NCBI RefSeq assembly: GCF_964204645.1 | Contig: NC_134027.1 | Coordinates: forward strand, 24,204,560 to 24,268,559 | DNA: 64,000 nt | Source of the DNA: Tubulanus polymorphus | Lineage: Eukaryota > Animalia > Nemertea | Reading direction: 5' to 3' | Part shown: positions 48,187 through 60,639 of the stretch, in pieces | Layout: each line of letters opens with the position of its first letter | Numbering within the stretch: position 1 is the stretch's first letter | Position numbers and translations under genes: made by a program | The notes under the pieces: generated by a model | What the model was told of the DNA's origin: nothing | Seen by the model: the letters and a program-made list of their open reading frames with translations, nothing else | The model's database searches: none

Positions 48187-49918
48187 TTAAAAGATCTTAA
48201 ATTCAGATTTTTATTTTTTTAGAATCATAAGCAAAATACACGACGTACAACACACCTGACGATGGTCTGTAGGGTATGGTGGCTGATTCGGGCCATACAA
48301 AAAAATTTTACTGTACGGCTAAAACAACGATAAAAAATTTTCACATTGGCCCATTTTTTGGTTTTCTCGCGCGAGAATTCAAAAGGTTTGGTTTCCTCGT
48401 TCGGGAAAACTGAACATTTTGGTTTAAAAAATTTTTCTGACTGGCGAGAAGCTAGATAAAATTTTTTTTACAATGACCCATTTCTTTGTTTTCTCGCCCG
48501 AGACTTTTTGAATTCTTGTGCGAGAAAACCAAAAGTTTTGAATTCTCGTGCGAGAAAACCAAAAAACGGGCCAATGTGAAAATTGTTTTTGTATGGCCCG
48601 AATCAGCCACCATACGAATCAGCCACCATAGATTATCCTGATGCAGCTGAATCGATGATAACAGGTGTCCTAGGTTCGAACCCGATCCAGAACGGATTCC
48701 TCGATGAAAGGGAATCATATCAAGCGGTCCTTAAAATGGCAATTGACTCTGGAACAAAGGTCAATTGAAATATTCATATTTCAACACTTTACAATAAGTT
48801 TATAATCCTGCAGCATATTGGTCTTAATATCCTGAATAAATTAATCTTAACTCGTGGGTCAGATGGTTTCAACTTATGATAAAATATCCTGAATAGATTA
48901 ATCTTAACTCTTAACTCATGGACCATATGGGCCCGACAGCAAGAATCAGCATAAAGTTTTGACCACGTGTTCAATTCCAAGTTTTCGGAATCTTTCTTGA
49001 GGGAAGTAGAATGCCAAACTGGAATGACCAAGGTTCTAACTCTTCTCTATACGATTACTGAGTATATCATTAATTTAGATTGTATGAAATTAATTACCTT
49101 TTATTCTTATTCTAATTATCGATCACTAGTAATTTGATGTTGTTTGTAATTAGCTTCGTTTTATTTCATATAAATACCAGTATGATATGAAAATTTAATC
49201 ACTTTCGATATGCCTGAAGAGGGGATAATGTAACTCCCGAAAACGTTTGCTATGATCAATATATAACCTCATGAGATTTGTATTGTGAATTTTGGTGTTC
49301 ATTTCTTAATCAAATATATTTCATAACTCCTATTTTCCGTATATTTTATGAATTCTCATGTTTTTCATGATGAATTTGAGTGGATGTGCCCTACGTCACT
49401 GAATGCTGTGGTCTGGCGGAATCGTTTAGCTGATTTGGGCAATAACGTGAGGGACGCGTCGGAACAAAATTCAACTGCCGAACATTCTTTAAAAGATCGA
49501 TTTTGACGCGTACGTTAAAGAAGAGACGTCACGTCAAAAAATGAGAAACCACACATTCTTACGAATCTAGAACAATAACTGAATGTTTAAAGCAGAAAAC
49601 CGAATTATTGTTCTCGATGAACTTTACATCAACATTGTTTCATCGTGTAACCATGTAGAATTTGAATAAATATGTGAATCGGGGATTTAAACATACTTGA
49701 TACATATTCAATTTTAAAAAGCCGCTTACGATATACTGACCAACAGACTGTATATAACTGATAGATTTCTAGGGGTAGATCATTGTTCTGAAGCTGATAA
49801 CAAACTCATCAGGTAAGTGCGTAAACTACGGGTAACACGGGTAGGAAAAACTCATCGTCGATCAAAATAGAAACACGCTCGTTTTCAACTCGATTTAACT
49901 CATTTCTGAAATTTCAGA

Positions 49919-50877
49919 ATGTTTACGAAAATTCTGTTCATCGTGTTGGTGTTGTCTATGGTGGTTGAAGGTATGAAAATGTCATCAAGTATTTTTGAAA
50001 AACAGCCAAAATCTAATCTAACCCCCCCCCCTTTCGAAATTTCTTTCTCTTTTATGATACGTAGCGCGTCGTTTCGTAAGACATCGGAAGTATGTCGGAT
50101 GTTTTAAAGACAGCCGCCATAGAGATATGAGACTGATTAGGACACAGGGACGCATGACTGTCGGGAGATGCATAGGTATTTGTGGGCGCAAAGGTGAGTA
50201 CAATTCGATTTTTCGAAACATTTTTGACATCAATTTACCTTCTTCACGGGTTTCCTAGTATCACAGCCTTCTTCCAGGCGATGCAGCTGCAGCGGTTCGA
50301 ATTCGTTTGTAGTTTGTTCTCGGGAAGGGGCTTCGATTAATTTCTGACCTCGGATTCCCGAGAAGGAACTAAATTTTGAATATGTTGCATACGAAAATCG
50401 TGGTCATTCTGTTAAATAGCACCGTACATTCTGAATATGTGGAGAAAATTTAAAAAAGTTTCCAATATATACAGAATATAAAAGATTAAGATCGCATCTT
50501 AATTTTTCAAGAATCAATAGAAAAATAAACGACGTACAACACACCTGACGATGGTCTCAGGGGATTCCGAAGTGTCGTGCATTTTACATTTACTTCTTGA
50601 AAAATAAACATTCTTTTTCTATCTTCTAAATTCTATATATATATATATGGTGGGTTTAAAACTAATTACAACGTACATTTTTCCAGGATATAGATTTGCC
50701 GGTCTTCAGAATGGTAAGAAATGTTTCTGTGGTAATCATGTCGGTATGCATGGCCCAGCACATGAATCTCAATGCAATAAGCGTTGCACAGGAGACAGGC
50801 GAGATGTATGTGGAGGCAGTTGGAGAAACTCGGTATACTCCACTTTGCACTCACGTAAAGACTTCAAATGGGTGTAA
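49919..50877 (+). CDS. Secreted single-WSC-domain protein, copy 4 (type B)
   Basis: Exons 49919-49970, 50065-50193 and 50687-50877; nearly identical to copy 2. Confidence 0.9.
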
Positions 50878-51738
50878 ATTCGATGTTCATCGATTGAGAA
50901 CCTCAATAAAGATTGATATAACATTTCTTTCGCCGTTTTACTTATATTTCAAATAACATCGGGTGACACAAATAGAGCTGAGCCCTAGCCTGGTTTATTG
51001 TCTAGTTCAAAGCGGAATGAATTGTCGGGTTAACAGAGATGTCCTGGGTTCGAACCTGGTTTATTGACGCTAGTTTAAAGCGGAATGAATTGAGTATAAA
51101 CAGGGATGTCATGGGTTCGAACCTGGTTTATTGACTCTAGTTCAAAGCGGAAAGAATTGAGGATCAAGAGGGATGTCCTGGGTTCGAACCAGGTTTATTG
51201 TCTCTAGTTCAAAGCGCAATAAATTTAGTGTCAACAGGGATGACCTGGGTTCGAACCTGGTTAATCGTCTCTAGTTCAAAGCGAAATGATATGAATATGA
51301 ACAGGGATGTCCTGGGTTCGAACCTGGTTTATTGTCCCTAGTTCAAAGCGGAATGAATAGAGGATAAACCGTGATGTACTGGGTGACACAACACATATGC
51401 TGATACAACGCGATTGTTCATACTGATTCTAGTATCCTAATGCTGCTGAATTTATGATAACAGGTGTCCTAGGTTCTTTTCGTAAGATTTTTGGTATACG
51501 CATATACGTACAAAAACCATAGCGGGAATTGAACAAAAATCCATTTTGTTGCGCCAAAGCGGCCGTTAGCATTTTCCACGCGGTCTAAGTACCTCATTCA
51601 AACAGAATTCAATTTTGGCACACACAACGGAACAAGGTCGGATCCAGTGGGACTCGTCCCCCCAAATCTTTTAGAGCCCTTAAATTTTCTTTCTTTCATT
51701 TTATAAAGAAATATGAATTGTTCCCGATGACAGCCAAC

Positions 51739-52101
51739 TGTTAGGTTGGAAGATCCTCGGTTGATGGTGATTTCCAATGTGGGGTAACTAGTCAGAGGTA
51801 TAGAGCCAGGAACGAACGTAAGAGTCGAATATATGCGTGTTATATAGATTCAATCGTCGATGATATAAGGTAAAAATGACAATTTAACATAATCGGGGGG
51901 TTAGTTTATATAGATATATGGTTAGTTACAAGAAACATGATATCACATATATAATCTGATTAGTCGTGGTTAATAAGTTGATCTCCCGTGTTTGTAAACA
52001 ACAAGGGAGTTTCCAAGAGATTAACCACGTCTAGGCAAGAAAAGTTCGATATAAATAATTAATCACGTAAATAGGTCGATTGTAATCCTATCTGCGTAAC
52101 A
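51739..52101. mobile_element. Solo LTR (363 bp), probably Gypsy-type
   Basis: caac|TGTTA...TAACA|caac: canonical LTR termini with a 4-bp TSD and no internal region. Confidence 0.75.
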
Positions 52102-52665
52102 CAACAAATAGCCTTGGAGAAGACAAACATTTCAAAATTTTCTGACAGAGGGCCCCTGACATTCAACGTAGAGGACTTCTACAGCAACATCTACCCAAGA
52201 AGAAACTAAAATAGACTTTTAGGCCTCATAGAAAACGACAAAAATACATATTATAATGGACAAAATGATTTTCAATCTCGTTGTACATTATAGTTCCAAA
52301 ACCTCGATGCATTGAATAAGGCAGCCAGCAAAGTTAGGCCTATCCTCAATCAGCCGCTTGTCAGTTCAGGCTGGTTGGAAGGTTGTTTGAATGAACTGGA
52401 ACCGAAATTTCTAATTATGCGGGCTTCGATCTTAACAAAAAATGCTCGAATTAATTCGATCGCCGATCACACAACTATCTGTACTTCGATGTGATATCCC
52501 TGCTAATCCTCAATTCATTCCGCTTTGAACTGGAGACAATAAAAATAAATCACACTAGGGCGCAGCTCTATTTGTGTCACCCGAGGTGATTTGAAATATA
52601 AGTAAAACGGTGAAAGAAATGTAATATCAATCTTTATTGAGGTTCTCAATCGATGAACCTCGAAT

Positions 52666-53559
52666 TTACACCCCTCTGATGTCTTTAGATGAGTGCAAAG
52701 TGGAGTATACTGAGTTTCTCCATCTGCCTCCACATATTTCTCGCCTGTTTCCTGCGCAACGCTTATTGCATTGAGATTCAGGTGCTGGGCCATTCATACC
52801 GACACGATTACCGCAGAAACATTGCCAACTAAACTGAAGACCGGCAAATCTATATCCTGAAAAAAATGTGCGTAGTAATGAGTTTAAAACCCGCTATATA
52901 AATATATAATTTAAAAGATAGAAATCTAATTTTTATTTTTTTAAGAATCATAAGTAAAATACAAGACACTTCGGACTCGCCCTATCGTCAGCTATACGTC
53001 GTGTATTTTGCTTTTGATTCTTGCCGATTTAAATCTGTATATATCGGGTTTAAAATTTGCACCACATCAGAGCGTACGGTGCTATTTAACAGAATGACCA
53101 CGATTTCTGTATGCAACATTTCAAACTTTAGTACCTTCTCGGGAATCTGAGATCAGAAATTCATCTAAACCCCTTCCCGAGAACAAACTACAAACGAATC
53201 CGAAGCATTGCTGCATCGCCTGGAAGAAGGCTGCGGCGGTTGAAAACCCATGAAGAAGGTAAATTGATGTCAAAAATGTTTCAAAATATCGAATAGTCCT
53301 TACCTTTTCGCTTACAAACAGCTATGCATTTGTCGATAGTCATGCCTTTCCTATCAACTGCCCGACTCGATTTCATATCTCTCTTCTTGCTGTCTTTATA
53401 ACATCCGACATACTTCCGAAATTCTGCCGAACTATCAGCTATCAGAAAAGAGAAAGAAATTTCGAAAGGGGGCCGATTAGACTCTTTCACAAATACTTAA
53501 TGATATTTACCAACGACCAAAATGAACGCCAACGCGATGAACAGAGTTTTTGTAAACAT
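52666..53559 (-). CDS. Secreted single-WSC-domain protein, copy 5 (type A, inverted)
   Basis: Exons 53559-53511, 53438-53304 and 52856-52666: MFTKTLFIALAFILVVA-DSSAEFRKYVGCYKDSKKRDMKSSRAVDRKGMTIDKCIAVCKRKGYRFAGLQFSWQCFCGN...CGGRWRNSVY. Confidence 0.9.
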
Positions 53560-55307
53560 CCTGAAAGCGAATTAAAAATGTTCATAAATTAAGAGTTAAA
53601 TCGAGTCGAAAACGAATGCAAAGAGAAATTCCTGGTAGAATGGTGGACAGGAACTGACTTTACCTAGATGCGCGAGTGTAAAGAGAAATACCTGGTCGAC
53701 AGAAGGAGTGGTAGATGACAACACTGACTTTAACTAGAAGATTTATATTTTCGCAACTGATTTGACATTCTATGTGGCTCAGTATTTATACGATTAAGAC
53801 ATGACAAACAAAGTTAATGCTATAGAAAAAATGGTGCCGGTCTCAGACTTTAAACAGAAGGAGTGATAGATGAATGCAAACACTAAGCTGATTTTACATT
53901 CTATGTGGCTCGGTATTTATACGATTAAGACATGGCATACAAAGTTAATGCTATAGAAAAAATAGTGCCGGTCTCTGACTTTAAAAAAAACGGAGGCACT
54001 AAATTAACCAGTGTCCACAATGAGATTTAAGATTTACAATTTAATACGTTTGACAAATCGACTGAATTTGTGAAAGTACTGAATTGACGATCACGCATTT
54101 ACCGGTTCCACTGAATTGAAATTAGGAATTGAAGAGATATTTACATGATCGATAGCGCGGAATATTCACAAATAACATCTCATTTTCTCAACAATGAACG
54201 AGTATTTGTTGGTCGATCTCCTAGTCGTCGTATGCACTTTCCTGATGAGTTTTTGTATCAGCTCCAGAACAATTAACTACCCCTAGAAATCTGCCCGTCA
54301 CAAAACGAATATGTTCAATACATCGTTTCTTAACAAAGTTCCAGTCATTTGGCAAACAATCGATAACAAAATTAGAAAATCTCCACCAATTCATTCATTG
54401 ATCACCCGGCTCTACAAAATACACCTCATCAATAGATATTAGATATTCATCCCCTCCCCTAAAATATTCTATCATGGTATGTTTATGTTATACAATAGTT
54501 ATTGTAGTATCACCATTGTAATGTTGTATGCTGTTTTGAAAATAGCTTACCATAAGCCGCGATCACACGGAGACGATTTGGCCCGGGCCAAATTTGGTCC
54601 GTGCCTAATTAGAGATGGCGTTCACACGCAAACCAATCACTCGATACTCGAGATGTAGTTCGAATTTTTGGCTTGACCGAACACAGCTGTTATGATAGGC
54701 AATTTTTGATATTTAAAAAACATGCGCAAATCGATAGCAGTTGTATGTTCATAATACATACAACTCTATTCACTGGGAATTCCTGAACGGCCATGTTTTG
54801 ACTAATGGTTTTTCGATGTCTATTTGCTTTTGTTCACTAGAAATTCACAAACGGGCAAGTTTTGGCTTAATGATTATATAATATTAATTTGCTTTTGTTA
54901 CTGGTTATGTCTCGGATTAATAAGAAATATTTTGGATTTAGTTTTCAAGACAAAGTCAAGTGTCAACGTCTACATGTTTGGAAACCGAGATAACCCCGGG
55001 CTTGTTTCTTAACCAGGTTGCTAAGAACATTAATTCTTGAGGCCCTGATGGGTGAATCAGGTCCCGAGGTTGGTCGTCGGCCCTCCCCAAATGTGGTGGC
55101 GTTGGTCACGAGAATAGTTCATTGGAAACCACATTTTGAAAGTATAAAAATAAGAGACATTGCTGAGCTAGTTGGGAGAGCACCCGGGAGAACAACGGGG
55201 AAGAACACATTCAAGAAATTAGGAAACAAAGATTTGTAAAAGGTGTCCATTACGTAGGAAACACGAATATAATAAAATAGTTGTGAGTATCTAGATTTCG
55301 GAATATA

Positions 55308-55456
55308 TACACATGAGTTGTTTATTTATTTTGGTCTCGGGTCAAAATTCAAATTATATACACATGAGTTGTTTATCTATTTTGGTCTCGGGTCAAAATT
55401 CAAATTATATACACATGAGTTGCTTATTTATTTTGGTCTCGGGTCAAAATTCAATT
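55308..55456. repeat. 50-bp tandem repeat (3 units)
   Basis: tacacatgagttgtttatttattttggtctcgggtcaaaattcaaat occurs three times. Confidence 0.85.
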
Positions 55457-55544
55457 TGTGTCGTTGTGCGGAGCTGAGGAAGGATACGCTCTCCAACGAT
55501 ATTTTGGTTCCTTCTTCGGGTCGCATAACACAGCAATGAGGATC

Positions 55545-55760
55545 CGGTCCTCAAAAGTACCTCATTTTTCAACGAAAAATTAAACATTCTAATCCCGGAA
55601 CAACAAATCGATCGCGCGCACTGGGCAGCGATCCTTTGATCCTCGACGCCCGCGCCCATTAATCGTAAAGTTCGTGCTACTGGACATCTAGACAAAGAGC
55701 GCGTCGTAAAACTGAGAAGGAACTCAAAGGAACTAGAACACGTGTCTGTGGTATGTAACC
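55545..55760 (+). mobile_element. Decayed LINE ORF1-like fragment
   Basis: Across frameshifts it reads EKLNILIPEQQIDRAH...PRRPRPLIVKF...ELKGT, the typical ORF1 IDRAHR...PRPIIVKF signature. Confidence 0.55.
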
Positions 55761-56322
55761 CCATGTTTTCATGAACTACCGAAGACCGGGGTCAGCTAAA
55801 ATGATATCGAGTTACGGGCAGAGATGCCACGACCACAATTTGGGTTCACCTTTAACTCGTGTTAATTCTGAGAGGAAACTGATGGCTCATTCATGATTGG
55901 GAGAATTTAGAAAAAGCTCGGAAACATATACACAGAGCATCTAAAACAGCTCATGGCCGTCCCGCTTACAAAAGTGAACATTTGTTATACAGTCATATTG
56001 TAGCTCATCTTCCTCCAAGTCTTCCTCTGTGTACAGTACCTCGTAGCCTAATATATCGATTTTCCATTTGACAAACTCTGATCAAAGCTCTTGTGAAGGG
56101 TGTCGTTAATGAAAAATCAATTGTTTTGCCCTATTCTATAAGTTCCGTAACAGCATGGTTAATTCGGATCAGTCAAATTGCTGAACAGATCGCCTCGGTG
56201 ACGTCACAAAAAGGAAACCGTACGTACAAGTACATCGTGCGAAGCCTCATTACCATAGTCTTTCTTCGTTCTTAAGAAAGTACAGGAGCATTCATTAGAT
56301 ATAGATGTTGCCCTAAAATTAT

Positions 56323-57251
56323 TTGATTCAATGGTCATATCTGTTTTATCATTTGGTTCTGAAGTATGGGTGGCACGAAAATCAAGGGATATTGGAAAAG
56401 GTGCATCTCTCTTTTTGTAAATATCTTTTAAAGTTGAGAAGGTCGACCCCCAGTATATTTGTATATGGGGAACTGGGTCGTTTTCCCCTTGAGGTTACTA
56501 TTAAGATACGTATGCTTAACTTTTGGGCAAAACTAGTGAATGATGAAAATAGTATGTCGTCTATGATGTATCGCTATTTATATAGATCACAAATCAGAAT
56601 CTGGACAGAATCTGTTAGAAACTATTGGCCTAGGTTATTTTTGGATTGACCAGTCAGTAGTAAATGTAAATTTGTTCAAAACCTTAATAGAACAAAGGAT
56701 TAGAGATCATTATATCCAAAATTGGCAAGGTATAGTTAGAGAAAGTCCGGGTGCCTCAACATACAAATTTTTTAAAGTAGATTGGGGCTACGAAAATTAC
56801 CTTAATAGCTTGCCACAAGATTTGAGAATTGCCTTGTGCAGATTTAGATACTCTAATCATAAATTGCCAATAGAGTTAGGTAGATACCAGGGTGTTGCCA
56901 GGGGAAATCGGTACTGCGTCAAATGCCAAGCTAATGTTGTTGGTGACGAGAAACATTTTCCATTAAATTGTTCATATTTTTCGGATTTACGTCTAAAATT
57001 CATCCACCTTCGTTTTTGGAGATCTCCAGACCAATTCGCACGCCTTTTAAATTCTACATGTGAAGCTTTGAGTAATTTAGCAATATTTATTAAAAAGGGT
57101 TTATTATCATATGTTTAAAGCCATGATATTCTAGCTTGTATCTTTTTTTTGTATTAAAGTGTACTATGTTGTTGTTATTATTTTGTAAACTACTCTGTGC
57201 TCTGCGCATTAAGTATTAATTGTGGAGCAATAAACTGAAACTGAAACTGAA
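56323..57251 (+). mobile_element. 5'-truncated LINE (RTE-X/CR1-group-like) ORF2 C-terminus, 3'UTR and (ACTGAA)n tail
   Basis: LEKVHLSFCKYLLKL...VYGELGRFPL...ALCRFRYSNHKLPIELGR...RYCVKC...VGDEKHFPLNC (CCHC finger) in two broken ORFs; ends aataaactgaaactgaaactga. Confidence 0.85.
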
Positions 57252-57264
57252 TGGTTAAAACAAT

Positions 57265-59022
57265 AAACCATTTTACAGTTGCTAGCCGCCATTTTGTTAG
57301 GGTACTTTTGCCCCGTATTGTTGGGTCATTTTTTTCTCTTTTTTAAAAACCCTCCGTGATGTGTATTGTATTATATTTCATCTACCCATGGATGGATTTT
57401 GACAGTTTCAGCAACATTCAAACCGCATAAATCTCTAGTTTTCTGTTATGTAAAAATCATTTCTCAAATTTACAACAATGCGACATGAGAGCGATATAAA
57501 AATCGGTGGTCAGTTTTTGCCGTGCGCATAGAAATCAAGGGTACTGAAATTTGAAGTTCGTTATTTTCAGAAATAATTTTCTAAAAAATCCAAACATTTC
57601 AAGCACTGTGCGCATAAACACCCCCTTTCAGGTGAACTTTGAAATTTTAAGATATCTTTCCTAGTTTTTTTCCTATGGCACTTTAACTGCAGCGCGTGTA
57701 TTGTCATTCCGAGATTCGGCGCTGTTTTCTTTGCGTGTATTTTAGTATATGGGTGTTATTTCTTCATTTTCACTACACTTGTCTCTACGGAAAATGGTTT
57801 TAATTGTTGGTACGAGTATCAGGTTTAAATATCACGTCGTTTATGCAATATAATAGGTCGAAGACATTAGAGATGTTGGGGTTTAAGGGATTTTTCTGAC
57901 CAGTTTTAGCAGCGAGACTGAGCGGCATTTTGATCACGCATTCGAAGTTGCGCGCGGGAAGAGAATATATGGGCCTATATTGAGATGGAAGAAGAAAAGA
58001 AATATATCACTCAAAATCGAGTATGATGACCATTTAAATCAGTAGTCTATCAATAAATTTACATAAAAATCTACTGAAATTAGATGGATGGAGAAGTGGT
58101 CAAAAAGCTGGACAAATGGGGTGGGGCAAATATTCAGCTACTTTCTATGAATACTTTGTATTAAGTACACACAAGATTGATTAGATTGGGAAGAAAATAT
58201 AGGAAAATGTTTTCTTGTTTTGGTGGTGAAATATCAAGTATCAAGTTCGAATGTCAGACGCACGTGATAAAAAGTAAAAAGTGACATCTACCATCACAAA
58301 AACGCAAGAAGTGTGTGGATTGCATTTACAACAAAAGAGTGATATTTTTGGGTTTTCTTGGGTGCATGTACGTAAGCCTCTGCCTGCCGTAAAAGCGGCT
58401 ACCATTACAGCCATTACGAACTAGCGCCGGAGAACGGAATACAGTATTAATGCCGTAATATTTAAACCTGATACTCGTACCAACAATTAAAACCATTTTC
58501 CGTAGAGACAAGTGTAGTGAAAATGAAGAAATAACACCCATATACTGAAATACACGCAAAGAAAACAGCGCCGAATCTCGGAATGACAATACACGCGCTG
58601 CAGTTAAAGTGCCATACGAAAAAAACTAGGCAAGATATCTTAAAATATCTTAAAAGTTCACCTGAAAGGGGGCGTTTATGCGCACAGTGCTTGAAATGTT
58701 TGGATTTTTTAGAAAATTATTTCTGAAAATAACGAAATTTCAGTACCCTGGATTTCTATGCGCACGGCAAAAACTGACCACCGATTTTTATATCGCTCTC
58801 ATGTCGCATTGTTGTAAATTTGAGAAATGATTTTTACATAACTGAAAACTAGAGATTTATGCGGTTTGAATGTTGCTGAAGTTGTCAAAATCCATCCATG
58901 GGCAGATGAAATATGATACAATACACATCACGGATAGTTTTTAAAAAAACGAAAAAAATGACCCAACAATACGGGACAAAAGTACCCTAACAAAATGGCG
59001 GCTAGCAACTGTAAAATGGTTT
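57265..59022. mobile_element. Non-autonomous DNA transposon with ~570-bp TIRs and AT target duplication (ISL2EU-like)
   Basis: at|AAACCATTTTACAGTTGCTAGCCGCC...GGCGGCTAGCAACTGTAAAATGGTTT|at; TIRs ~57265-57830 and ~58460-59022; the paralogous empty site ggtttaaaataatcggg lies at ~62351. Confidence 0.88.
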
Positions 59023-59120
59023 ATCGGGTACTTTTTGTAAATATTCGATCGTGGAACTATTCCGCTAAACGCAGCACTGGGTCCTCACTTGTTTTGATCT
59101 TATGTATATTGTTGATTTAG

Positions 59121-59402
59121 GTAACGTTGAACTGCGATGCCACCGGGTATCCGCTACCAGAAATCCGTTTCTACAAAACACATATAATGAATGGTTTGAG
59201 CGACTTCGAACAAAAATCCACCGAGTTAACATCGAAGGGTAACGTTGAGTTGGTCACATCTCGTCAACCAGAGCGGGTTATGGCTCGTTTGGTGATCAGG
59301 TCGCCGACGGCAGCTGACCTGACCGGCTGGTATTCGTATACCTGTCGCGCTAAAAACAAATACATGGAAGCATTTCGCGCTATGACGCTGCTGGGAAACT
59401 AG
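59121..59402 (+). pseudogene. Orphan terminal Ig-domain exon (paralogue of 62455-62736); upstream exons not found
   Basis: ttag|VTLNCDATGYPLPEIRFYK...ARLVIRSPTAADLTGWYSYTCRAKNKY is an intact I-set Ig exon. The flanks are homologous to 62345-63545 and upstream lies only TE sequence. It could still be spliced from afar. Confidence 0.6.
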
Positions 59403-60639
59403 ATAAGATGTACGGACGGGGCAATTATTTGAGTAATGCAGAATCGAAATGAGTGTTTGTGCTTTCTTTTCCCCGAATCCACGTCGACCAATGTGAGAAA
59501 CGGTATCGTCAATTTTACTTTCGGCGATACTCATTTGAACTGGCATCGTGTACAATTTAAAATAATGCATCGACGAAAGATCTATGATAAACTCCTACGG
59601 TGAGTGGAGACATGCAGGTCCTCGAATTCGTGCAATGTTATACAATTTTGTTTATGTCATTCATTTAGAATAAAATCATCATTGAGAAAACAGTGTACAA
59701 TTTGAAACAAAAATCATATTTCCATCGTAACTTTTCGTTTCTCTCCAGGTAAGATTTGCCACCATTTTGTAAATGTAAAGCGTTTGATGATATTTGTGAT
59801 TGCGGAGGAGGGCACGTTGATTCGAATGTGAATTATTTCTAACAAACATATTTAGGACCTACTTTGGAAAACAACTCGTAATCACGATAAACATTACCGG
59901 GTAATATGTTAAACGTAGCAATTACCCACTTGTAATCTATGTGGAAAGACCAAATATTCCATCATTTGTGAATAAAGGGCTTGTTTATACAAGTTTGGCA
60001 GTTCACACGCAGTGTAAGCACTATGGAGGGAAAGCTAAGTTGGTCCTTTTTCGCAGTAATTTTCACGGTGAGTAAGATGTCTCAGTCTTTGTTCGATTTA
60101 GAAACGAATAAATGAATGACCGATTTTTGTAGATATTCTGAAATGTATCAGAGGAAAATTCATGGTGTAGGCCTATAGCAGTTTCACGTTTTAATCTCGA
60201 TGAAGCACTCTGAATCCGTGTAATTACATAACATAATTGCACAATATAAAAGAATAACGAGTCTCAAATGTTTGTTTGAGCTGTAGTTTATTTTTTGTTT
60301 TAACGTTTCGACTATATCCTGATAGTTATCTTATAACCGATTGTAATCTACAAGAAGACATTGGAAAATTCATCACTGAATGCTTTGATAAATCATTCAC
60401 ATATCTATCTCAAATGTATATAACTACTTGTTTAGTTTTTATTTTTATTTGTTTATTATTATACCTGTTGATCTCAAATACTTTTCATATTCTGTATGTC
60501 TCAGTACGCAAGGATTTTGAATACAATGAAGGGTCGTCTGCGAATCTGAATCTATGAATCTTCAGAAATGTTAAGATTACAAACAAAATCATGGAAATCC
60601 ATTAACAGAGATACTTATCCATTAACCAGATATCTGGCC

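Larger units (their letters stand above)
38495..51435. repeat. Segmental tandem duplication: unit 1 ~38495-44908, unit 2 ~44909-51435, each with one type-A and one type-B WSC gene
   Basis: aacagttctttatataagtaacaatttacagttccgatttca starts both units and tactgattctagta ends both; long near-identical blocks (for example 42000-43860 versus 48640-50510). Confidence 0.92.
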
